A DNA stretch of 63,244 bases, filler included. It is 14 parts of 14 records of this genome, joined end to end, with 100 filler letters (N's around TTAATTAATTAA, not from the genome) between each part and the next. Parts side by side here need not be neighbours in the genome. Positions count along the whole stretch, not along the records: positions 15,565 to 21,571 come from SRR15195285_887; positions 21,672 to 25,822 come from SRR15195285_890; positions 25,923 to 29,912 come from SRR15195285_892; positions 30,013 to 34,229 come from SRR15195285_893; 10 more parts are not named here. One strand, written 5' to 3'. How positions within the stretch are numbered: the stretch's first letter is position 1; every line of letters begins with the position of its first letter. The position numbers and the translations under genes were made by a program. A model generated the notes under the pieces. That model was not told where the DNA came from. It ran no database searches and was given only the letters and a program-made list of their open reading frames with translations. This document shows positions 21,203-30,649 of this stretch, piece after piece.

Positions 21203-21779
21203 GTTCGCGCTCTCTAGTGCACAGGAGGCTGCGAGCTGTAGGTCTGCTGCGCCGTCTGTCTGTGCGTGTGTGCGGCGTTGGCCTTGCTGGAAGCGCCGTG
21301 GCCCTGGTGACAAGCTGACCCGTGACCATATGAAACTTGGTAGAAATCGGATTGCAAATTCGTACTAATTGGATTTTACAATACTGTATTTAGATAGGGA
21401 TAAATGCGGATGTTTGCAGGGCTGGGTGAAACCATTTCGGAGCGTCGTTGCCTGCAGGCATGTGAGCCGCACGATCCTGCCCACGGCACCTGCTGCAGGA
21501 TCGAGGATCGGCAATCACGGCTCTTCATCTGAGATAGATCTACTGTGTGTTTCCCATCAGGTTCTGAGACTNNNNNNNNNNNNNNNNNNNNNNNNNNNNN
21601 NNNNNNNNNNNNNNNTTAATTAATTAANNNNNNNNNNNNNNNNNNNNNNNNNNNNNNNNNNNNNNNNNNNNTACTGATCATGCATGAATGGATAACTCCG
21701 CGCCGCTTTTCCCGCGGCTGCACCCCTTCGCGCTCTCGCACCTCGCTCAGGCTCATACGCCGTTCGCCATACGGAGGGC

Positions 21780-22930
21780 ATGCCGGGAGCACGCGTGGGC
21801 GTGTGCACGCTGGTGCAGGTGCAGGTGCTTGTTGTCGCCGCTGCTAGCAGTGCCGGCGACTCAGCTGCTGCTTCCTCCCGAATCCGGCACGCGACAACGC
21901 CCAACACCTTCTCGGATTTTGATGTAGGAGGATGTGGCCGTGGAGTGTTGCCAGCGTCGCATCCGAGAGTTCCTTGTGCTGTGGTGCCAAGCTGTGCGAG
22001 CGGCCATGCTGCCAGGATCAGCCCGTATGCGATGTCGAACGGAAGCGGGCCTGCGTTCCAGCTCACCGTGGCGCAGGTCTGCCACACGCCGACAGGGTTC
22101 CATATTGAATGTGCGCTCCACTCGTGACCGCTCGTGGCAGCGCCAGCCTCCTTTCTCTCTACTGCCACCTCCAGCAGTGACACATCGGAGCAGCGTCAAC
22201 AAATCGCGTGCACCCCCATATCTCGCGAACACAGATACGGCGACTGACAACAATGTGTTCAGCCGGTACTACAATTGCCACGATACTGTTTGGATGGACG
22301 ATGCCCTAGAGTTTATGGTGTATCCCCACGCGACGTCCGCCGACCCAGTGAGTTTCAAATGCGGTTGCTCTGGTTGCTAAGCGCAGTTCCACGGGTGTAA
22401 TGAGCTGTGCCGTGTCCACGCCTCACAAACGGTCTTGATCTGAACCGCAGGCCGGCAATTATACTGAGATCGACCTCTCGCCTAACAATGCCTTGTGGGC
22501 CGGCCATATTCACAACCCCACAGGGACATACCCGGTCGTCAACTCCAGCAACCCAGCACTGAATACGGTGAATATCTCATGCACAACCTCCGGCATAAAG
22601 AGCTCTACGAAGATTACCCCAACTGGATGGGCAGCCACACTGTTCGTCCCGTTTGGGCTCGTCGGCCATCCAGTCTACACGCGTGAACAGATCAGACGAG
22701 ATGCCCCGCCGCCTGCAATATGGCGCGCGAACGTGCGTCAGTCAGTATTTTAACAGTATTCGTACCGACATCTGGACCTGAGTTTACAAGTGCTGCGTGG
22801 ATGCCAGTTTTACCGCACTGATACGAGGAAAGGCACAACTGATCAGGAATTCACTGCTTGGTCGCCAACTCTAGTGCAGCCGCCTGCTTTTCATGTTCCA
22901 GAGTACTTCGGAATTCTAGAGTTGCGCTAG
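21780..22930 (+). CDS. Secreted CBM9-like (DOMON-fold) carbohydrate-binding protein, 4 exons, 282 aa
   Basis: join(21780..22110,22235..22347,22451..22732,22808..22930). VWMDDALEFMV, YTEIDLSPNN, WRANFYR and AWSPT..PAFHVPEYFG match the CBM9-like family pattern. Confidence 0.85.
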
Positions 22931-23090
22931 CTAAGGCCCAGGTTCGGCTCATGGCTGCGTTCGAGCGCGTAAGTGCGTGTGACGGCGGGTTAAATCAATT
23001 GATTGAGTTCACTCATACATTCACGCTGTTGGCCAGCAATTGTGCCACTATCAGTCCTTGCTCGGTTGCTTGCGGCTATTATCCTCGAAG

Positions 23091-25233
23091 TCAGCGCGCT
23101 TTGCCTGCAGTCTGTGCGTTGCGGATTACTGAGACGACGAACGGAATTGCAAAGGCCAATACATATCCCGCGGCCGCCAAGGTTGGCTCGTTCGAGATCA
23201 GCACAGCCAGCGGAACCGGCAGGTAGGCGGACGAGCCTACCCCACCCTGCACCATGCCGAGCAAAGCACCGGCGAGGGCTGCACCGACGTAAGCTGCTGC
23301 GTTGACGACCTATTCCAATATAGTCCACAGAATAAGATACAGCTACCAGTCAGACGCGACAAGACGGAGCATTGTCGATGGAGCTCGGGCGCACCGGGTC
23401 GCGCTCCATGAAGGGATAGGCAGCTTCTATGTAGTCGCCGAACCACACGTTCACGCGGAGGCCTTGCTTGGCAGCAGAGACCTCAGAAGCGCCATCACGC
23501 GGTGAAACAGTCGAGGCAGCGCAGATCCCAGCAGAAACCATGCACAGTGTGGCACAGTCTATCGCTCCTGTCATGCCGAGCGCTTCTCAGGTGCAGTACA
23601 TTAATGTGACCCTAGCATGGCCTGACAGGATGCAATGAGCGGGAGAGTTTACCGAGAAAAGGCGGATCGCCAGATTCCATCTCGAGCAATATCAGGGGCA
23701 AGAAGATGAGGTGATACCATCCGATCTTGGACCCATACACAAACACCTGGCATCACCACAGCACAATCATAGTCTAGGATTAGGTGGCACGACCTCGCAT
23801 CGTCATGGAAGCGCGAAGCTCATTTTGTTTGCGTACCACTGCTGTGATGCTGCCAAAAATGGCCCCCGACAATGGAGTTGATGTTAAGTGCACGATGCTT
23901 AGCCGCAGTACCGCGGTCGGGCCGTCAATTGTTGCCGATATGGATGCGGAACCAATTGCGCTCACAAGCAGACCCGCGCAAGATCCGCTGCCTGCAGCGG
24001 CGGCTATGGTTGCACCTGTTGCAGGGAAGCCGAGTTTGAAGGCCGTTGCAAGGCACCGCTGATACGGGAATCCCACCACCAACGATGCATTCGAAAGTTG
24101 CCACGCAACGGACCCGAGTGAGACACGGCTCTGACGTTACATGTACGTCATCAAATGCGAATGTGCACTGGTTATTGCTAGAGCAGCCAGATTATGGACA
24201 CACCGGACATAGCCATCCCACAAGTACACCAGCCGCGAGACCGCCCACAACAGATCCTCCGGCAGCATTTGCCACGGATGGCCAGCCGACGAGAACGCCA
24301 GCGAGTGCCCCGCTGATCAGACCGATCTCACCCAAGTGCGAAATTTGATGTGCGCCGACAACACATACTACACGACGAGTACAGACAAGCAGCCCGGCCA
24401 GAACCCATCAGAGGAAATCTGACACTGGAAACGGGCAAAGCTCGACAGAGAGGCGCTAAGAGCTTACCGACTACAGCAAGGACTGCGTTGGCTGGAGGAA
24501 GCAACGGAAGCAATTCGGCGAGCTTCGGTGGCAGGATCTTGAACACCGTGCGTAAGACAACCATCGCCAGGAAGGCCGGCAGACATCCGTCGAGTAGTGA
24601 GTGAAGATCGATACCGCTGTCACTTAGCTTTGGTGAATACGAAAGCCGCCAGTGCGCAGCGAGGGCAGAAGTGAAGGCAATTGCCCTGGACTCGCGGGTC
24701 GTAGCCACCGACCCACCGCCCTGGACGACATTGCAGGAGAGCTCGAGCGCCTTACCAGTTCCAGTCCCGCCGGTGCAGACAACAGGCAGCCCAAGCTTCG
24801 CTGCGGCGACCATCGTGTGGCGGTGCACGTCATCCACGTCGCCTGATATCATCACCACGCCGTCTGGCATCTTGCCTCTTGTCAGCGCCACATCCGCGGC
24901 TCTGGCGGCGTCGTTGACGTCTTGCAGGCGGCCTTCGGCAGTTTTGACGAGGCGGCGCGCGCCAGCGACGTCAGGACTGGTGAGCCGCCACAGGGCTGCT
25001 TGGCTGTCATCCATTGCAGTATCCATAGGCGAGTCACAACTCGTGAACACCACGGCGGTGACTTCGATCGACGCGTGCTCGAGCTGTGCAATGAGCAGCG
25101 TGAGGTTGGCGTGGGCATTTGCGGCGCCCAGCGCCTGTGCATTGGCAGCTCCGCCGCCCGTGGACCCGACGATTGCAACGGTACGACGACGCGGCTGTGC
25201 TGCGGGCGACGGGCTGTTGGAGCGCCCCCCCAT
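23091..25233 (-). CDS. PTS-EIIC-like multi-pass membrane protein with N-terminal Rossmann-like domain, 6 exons, 545 aa
   Basis: Exons 25233-24468, 24367-24204, 24058-23837, 23746-23653, 23567-23395 and 23309-23091 in phase. N-terminal VAIVGSTGGG. Membrane motifs GFPATGATI, GWYHLIFLPLILLEME..FLGAID..LCMVSAGI, FGDYIEAAYPFM and SSAYLP. Confidence 0.8.
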
Positions 25234-25363
25234 TCTTCGTGTCGACGGATACACCGGCGCGGTACCAGTACCGCGCGGCCAGCCAGCGCGCGCTCCGTCC
25301 CGGCGCGCGCCGCGGCGTCCGCGCCCGTCGTCGGTCGTGCTGCCGTCGCGCGCTCGCTATACC

Positions 25364-25822
25364 TTAACCGCGGACACGGACTCCAGCCGTGCTCATTCCC
25401 TGCACACGGTGCCATCATGTATTCGAGTATTAGTCAATGCATTGTGTCTCATCACCGCCTACCATACGATAGGGTCCACACCTGCCAGTTTGTTTTGAAT
25501 TGAGAGTCGACGTAGCTGGAGCCCTCAGTCGCCTTGGCGATTGCAAACCCCACCCCAGCACGCTTGACAGCGGCCCAATTGATCGTGCCTTGGTAGTGTG
25601 AGACGTCCGGGCCTATGCAGCCGTGGCACCAACAGACCAAGCGAGTATCGTTCAGAGTTGGCTGATCAATGCGCGACGGACCTCCCTGCTCGCCGACACC
25701 GAGCTAGCGAGCGGCAGTGTGTTGCAGTGCACGTTGAAACATCGGCGCGCACCAAACGGCCCGCCCGAACCAGGCTGCGGTGTGGAGCCGTGGCAACACT
25801 GCACATTCGCAGCGCCCGGGCA
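25364..25822 (-). pseudogene. GH25 lysozyme (muramidase) fragment with N-terminal CPG..CC module and premature stop
   Basis: Exons 25822-25753, 25612-25482 and 25399-25364 give CPGAANVQCC..GPDVSHYQGTINWAAVKRAGVGFAIAKATEGSSYVDSQFKTNWQGMSTAGVRVRG*. It stops before the usual AYHF strand and DxE motif. Confidence 0.7.
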
Positions 25823-26403
25823 NNNNNNNNNNNNNNNNNNNNNNNNNNNNNNNNNNNNNNNNNNNNTTAATTAATTAANNNNNNNNNNNNNNNNNNNNNN
25901 NNNNNNNNNNNNNNNNNNNNNNACAGACAACTACTTTTTACCTTCCCTCATTATTATAGTGTCGGCCCGCTTACGGACAGCGACCAATTTCAGTAGAATT
26001 CCCGAAAACCACGAAATGATTTATGTTCCGGCGCTTGAAAATGATGTCCCGGTGAAATCTCCGCTGACGAGTCAAAATGGACTTCTTGCCCCGCATCCCG
26101 TCACCAGCCGGAGTGAGGCCTCCCGTTCTGTCAAAAACGAAAATGGACAATGATCTGAACATATTGCCTTATGCCACTTAATTATCTATAACTACTATAA
26201 TCGTACCCCGGGCGGGTACTGAACAGTACCAGTGTACACTGTGTTGTGTGTACACGCCATATGAGAAAATTGACAATCACGACTTCACGAGTCCTCGCCC
26301 CGGCTGGTGGGCCGGCGGGCGCCTCCTGAGCTGATTACGCATCATCCGCAACGCAACGCAACGCACAGCAGCTACCATTGACAGCTACCGCCCTTGCCTT
26401 ACG

Positions 26404-27657
26404 ATGATGATGCGCACCGCCCTCGCACTCGCGACCCTCGCCGTGGTCAAGGCACAGAAGCTGCCGGGGACCACCGCGCTGGTGGACTGCTCGATGAGCC
26501 CGTGCCAAAATGGTGGGGTTTGCCGGCCGTCCCGCCGGCCGGGCAACCCTTACACCTGCAACTGTGCCCCGGGCTTCGCGGGCACCAACTGCGAGACCAG
26601 CGTGGGCAACGGCGGGATGATCGCGGTCGACCCGGTTTACCGCCCCAGCCCCACCATCGACTTCTGCATGTCTGCTCCGTGCATGAACGGCGGCCTGTGC
26701 ACCAGCACGCCGCGTGGCTACCAATGCATGTGCAACGCGGGCTTCGTGGGTGAGAACTGCCAGCAGTCGTCCGGCTCCCCGCAGCACCCCGTCGACCCAC
26801 TGCCCCCGCCAACACACACCGGCTCCGCCGGCAACGCCATCCCGCAAGACTGCACGTCGTGGAACGACGGTTGCAACACGTGCGGCGTGTCGAACGGCGT
26901 CGTGTCGTTCTGCACCGAGATGGCCTGCTTCCGCCAGGGCACCCCGTACTGCACAGCGTTCGAGGACGGCACCTCCTGCCGCGACGCCGACTGCTCTGCT
27001 GCCCACGCGGCGGGCGGTGCCGATCCAGCGGCCTCGGGAGCGTGCACGACCGACGCTGACTGCGCGGCTGGCTTCTGCCGGCCGACCACGTTCCAGTATG
27101 ACGGCCCAAAGGAGTGTGTCGCGTTCTCGCCGGCCGGCTCCAGCTGCGGAGGCATGATGCCGCCCAACATGCAGAGCCGCTGCGCGCCGGAGCTCGAGTG
27201 CGTCAACACCATGGCCATGATGATGGACGCTCCAGGCACGTGCGGCCCGGCCTGCCCAAGCACCAGCCCTGGCCGTGACCAGTGGGGCAACTGCATCGAG
27301 GCCGGCTGCCAGACTTGGTTCGATGGATGCAACACGTGCACCGACAACGGCATGAGCTGCACCGAGATGTGGTGCGACTCTCGTGGCACCGCCGAGTGCC
27401 GCGACTCCGCCGACGGCGCCGTCGACCAGTGCAGTGCTTGCCAGGATCGCCAGAGGCGCGGCGAGAACATCGCGTGCTTCAACTTGTGCCAGCCGTCGGT
27501 GTCTTCCGGCGGCGTCGCGGCGGGTGGGCGCTGTGCCGATGGGTTCTGCGAGAACCCGATGGATTGCCCCCAGTGTGCTGCGGGGCTGACATGCAACGTG
27601 ATGCCTGGCATGATGTGCGCAGGCACGTGCTACGGCACATGCGCCAAGGGCCACTAG
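26404..27657 (+). CDS. Secreted cysteine-rich protein (2 EGF domains, 2 WxDGCNTC modules)
   Basis: Signal peptide. CSMSPCQNGGVC..YTCNCAPGFAGTNCE and CMSAPCMNGGLC..CNAGFVGENC. CTSWNDGCNTC..CTEMAC and CQTWFDGCNTC..CTEMWC. Very high GC3. Confidence 0.88.
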   Translation: MMMRTALALATLAVVKAQKLPGTTALVDCSMSPCQNGGVCRPSRRPGNPYTCNCAPGFAGTNCETSVGNGGMIAVDPVYRPSPTIDFCMSAPCMNGGLCTSTPRGYQCMCNAGFVGENCQQSSGSPQHPVDPLPPPTHTGSAGNAIPQDCTSWNDGCNTCGVSNGVVSFCTEMACFRQGTPYCTAFEDGTSCRDADCSAAHAAGGADPAASGACTTDADCAAGFCRPTTFQYDGPKECVAFSPAGSSCGGMMPPNMQSRCAPELECVNTMAMMMDAPGTCGPACPSTSPGRDQWGNCIEAGCQTWFDGCNTCTDNGMSCTEMWCDSRGTAECRDSADGAVDQCSACQDRQRRGENIACFNLCQPSVSSGGVAAGGRCADGFCENPMDCPQCAAGLTCNVMPGMMCAGTCYGTCAKGH

Positions 27658-27791
27658 CTAGAGAGGAGCTTGGTAGCAAGTGAGAGGATCGGGGGTGACA
27701 GTGAATCGGAACCTTTTTGTAGAATTCGTCCGATGGCAGCACGTTATTGAGCCTACGCTGGTTTGCCTTGCGCCTGCGCCACCGTACAGTA

Positions 27792-29510
27792 CTAGTCGAC
27801 ACCCCGTGAGGGGTCCTTCGAATTGCTGTGAACGGCGTGCAGACACCCAACAACTCCGCATGTACACACAGCCGCAAAGCGCAATCCTACAGCACCTGCG
27901 GAGGAGTCGCATTCTGTTGAACCGACCCCCCCTGCAATGAGGGCTGCACTCGCGATAAGCACCGCAACGACACCACGGCGCCATGTGGATGGCAGCGACA
28001 ACAGGGGCAGACGAGATCGGTTGCCCCCGGATTCCTTGATTTCTGTACCCGTGTCCTGCTCTCTGTACTGATGCTGGTGCCGAAACTGGCGCTCGTAGTA
28101 GCTTTGAAGCCAGCGATCGCGCGACAGGATGGAGGTGCGCAGCGGGAACCGCTGCACTGGCGGCCCCAACTCCACTGGCGGGGATGAGCAAGACATAAAT
28201 GGGGCCACAGCCGGAATGTCTCGTCCGTTTGCTGTTGATGCTGACTCGACTGTCGGCTCTGCTACGTCCATGTCTCTATCTGTCGCTGCCGTAGCATGCT
28301 CTTGCGTCGTAGCCTGTGCAAGATAGATCCCATTCGAATCCTCAACAGTTGAGGACTCGCAGACCGTTGTCCTGAACGAGTCTCCAGACTCACTGCTACT
28401 GCTGCTGCCAACGAATGTCTTCACCAACGAACTGCTACATCTATGCTCTCCATGAACAGTCATGCTGGCTGCAACTTCCTGGTCCAACTGTTTCGACGGC
28501 ATCCGATCCACTGTGGTCACTGCTTTGAACGCCGTTCTAGTCTGCCGTCGGTCATGGGCGCACATCGGCAGTGCGGGATGAGATGAGTGAGCATTAGTGG
28601 GGTGAGCATGGGACACCCACTGGTCGCGTTGTGCGGGCCGTGTTGCGCGGGGAGACGCCGACCGCCTCTTGTTCGCACTGCTCCGCGTGGGACTCCGTAT
28701 CCGTCTCAATGCAGTCTGAGAATTGTCACCACCCACCTTCTTGCCCCGATTCGCGTGTGGTGGTGTCCTTGGCCTAGGAATATCGTGCGGTATTCGGCTG
28801 ACGACTTCCATAAGACGCCGGAACTCCGTTCTGTTGACGCACCGCACACCATTCGTTGCATCACTGCTGTCACGATTCCTGCGAAACTTGCTGATGGCGT
28901 TGAAGCGCTCCCTGACTTGCTGTGTAAACCAGTCGTACTTGCTGTCAAGCTGTTGAAAACCACCCTTATGGAGCCGCTCCACGGCTACCTGAACTTGCGC
29001 CAGCGAGAGTAATCCGGTCCCGGCGGTGTCAAGCTCGGAGAACAATTTGTCCTCGCAAGCGAAGTGCAGTGGCTCCACGTGCCAGCAATGCCCTACAGGG
29101 CGCGCTCTGTACGAAGAGCCGCGGCGTGGAGAAGGACTGTGGCGACCTGAAGCAGTGCGACAGCACTGCCCTGGCGAGCGCGCCTTTGCCTCACGGTACG
29201 CCCATGGGTCGAGCACTGTCTCCCAGGCCGGGTCGATCCTCGATGGTCGCTGCTCGTGGAACAGTGGCGCTCGATCAGGTGCATCGCCTGTATATACTGA
29301 GCCTGCTGCCCGCCCCGCGTGTGCCTGCGGTGACGATCTGCCACGTCTCGGAGATCGCACGCGCGGTGAATGCAGGTACGCACTTGGAGCTCCCATCGTA
29401 CGGTCGGCCAGTGCGGTTGTCGCAGCGGCATGCCGGACAGGAGCCGACGGCACACTGTCACTGTTGGCAGACTTCGACGGGCCAGTGAGGCGCTTGTGAA
29501 CCGTTGCCAT
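27792..29510 (-). CDS. Uncharacterised 572-aa protein with EF-hand-like pair and C-terminal hydrophobic segment
   Basis: ATG-initiated long ORF. LFSELDTAGTGLLSLAQV and VNRTEFRRLM. Hydrophobic GVVAVLIASAALIAGG near the C-terminus. Confidence 0.6.
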   Translation of the reverse strand: MATVHKRLTGPSKSANSDSVPSAPVRHAAATTALADRTMGAPSAYLHSPRVRSPRRGRSSPQAHAGRAAGSVYTGDAPDRAPLFHEQRPSRIDPAWETVLDPWAYREAKARSPGQCCRTASGRHSPSPRRGSSYRARPVGHCWHVEPLHFACEDKLFSELDTAGTGLLSLAQVQVAVERLHKGGFQQLDSKYDWFTQQVRERFNAISKFRRNRDSSDATNGVRCVNRTEFRRLMEVVSRIPHDIPRPRTPPHANRGKKVGGDNSQTALRRIRSPTRSSANKRRSASPRATRPAQRDQWVSHAHPTNAHSSHPALPMCAHDRRQTRTAFKAVTTVDRMPSKQLDQEVAASMTVHGEHRCSSSLVKTFVGSSSSSESGDSFRTTVCESSTVEDSNGIYLAQATTQEHATAATDRDMDVAEPTVESASTANGRDIPAVAPFMSCSSPPVELGPPVQRFPLRTSILSRDRWLQSYYERQFRHQHQYREQDTGTEIKESGGNRSRLPLLSLPSTWRRGVVAVLIASAALIAGGVGSTECDSSAGAVGLRFAAVCTCGVVGCLHAVHSNSKDPSRGVD

Positions 29511-30098
29511 TATCGTCCCGACGCTTCTCTGAAGGTAGCTTTCAGCATACTCTACGAATGCTATGAATGGTGGCCAGCCAATCTATCATTCAGCGTTTCC
29601 ACGCGGCGGTGGTGGAGCATCGGAGCGACGCGCTGCACGCTCCTCCCTTCCCCAACCCTTCCGCTTGCCCCGAAGGCTTGCTGCCTGCCTCGTGCCGCGC
29701 TCCTCTCTTGGGGTACTTAGAGAGGCTGCGTGCGTGCCTCAGCCCGGCACTACAGCTGCATAACTGCGCATGTACCAGGTACGCCACGCAGCTGAGGTAC
29801 GCGTATATCCTAGATACGTACCTGCGCGGCGCGCGCGCGCGGTTGACCGCCGCCTCCGGTGGGACTTGTTCTATTGTCTATCATGATTGTTAATGAGTTG
29901 ACTGTGTTTGCANNNNNNNNNNNNNNNNNNNNNNNNNNNNNNNNNNNNNNNNNNNNTTAATTAATTAANNNNNNNNNNNNNNNNNNNNNNNNNNNNNNNN
30001 NNNNNNNNNNNNCGCATAGGATACGGAACGGTGTACTAACCATGTGCTGTGTGTTGTGTGCTGTGCCGATCGACACCATTCGCTTCGTCAACTTGCAG

Positions 30099-30211
30099 CC
30101 ACGTGGGCACTGCAGAATTTCACCTACGAGACACCGCCCCTTGTAGAAACGGTCCACGTATCAGATGGAGCCGTTGAATCCAGAAAACGGCTCTATATGA
30201 TACAGATCTAG
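30099..30211 (+). CDS. Probable last exon of a gene cut by the contig start
   Basis: TACTAAC branch site at 30034-30040, acceptor TTGCAG ending at 30098, open frame TWALQNFTYETPP..IQI*. Confidence 0.45.
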
Positions 30212-30649
30212 CTGTTGCACCACGCAATCCAGCCCATGTGCAGCACGAGCGCGACGAGCTCCAACGAACCCGGCGGCCCACCATGGCCGCCGCCACGGCG
30301 CACCGGCGCGCGGCGCACCGGCGCGTGCGCGTGCATGCCTGGTCGCCACGCGCGCGCGCGCCCGATGGACCGTTGATGACGAGACCGGCACGGTTGAAGT
30401 TGGTAGAAGTCCAGTCATGCAGCACTCACAGTCATCGGCCGAAAATCGGTGAGTTGGGAGCGGGAATCCGCCGGCGCCGGAGGCATGGGGAGCCTAAGAA
30501 TCGTCCCTACGTAGCCCGCCCATATGCCGACGCGCGGTCGATAGCTCACTGCACGCACACGCAGCTCGCAGCGACCAGCGTCTCCGTCTGCAGCGCCAGG
30601 AAATTGTGCCTCGCGTGCCAGGGCCAATACCGTCACGCTGCGACAACAT

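Noticed and set aside
25923-26280. AT-rich stretch with small palindromes (GTGTACAC x2) as a possible transposon fragment
   Set aside because: No termini, TSD or coding similarity could be identified. It is compatible with an ordinary upstream region.
26335-27654. Long antisense ORFs over the EGF gene, and similar shadows over other genes (e.g. 35579-36556, 24671-25498)
   Set aside because: Expected from high GC3 codon bias on the coding strand. The translations lack recognisable domains.
30120-30212. Minus-strand frame LDLYHIEPFSGFNGSI-TGA-YVDRFYKGRCLVG as a possible selenoprotein
   Set aside because: No recognisable redox motif or SECIS is visible. The plus strand has a better explanation: TACTAAC branch site, acceptor and terminal exon.
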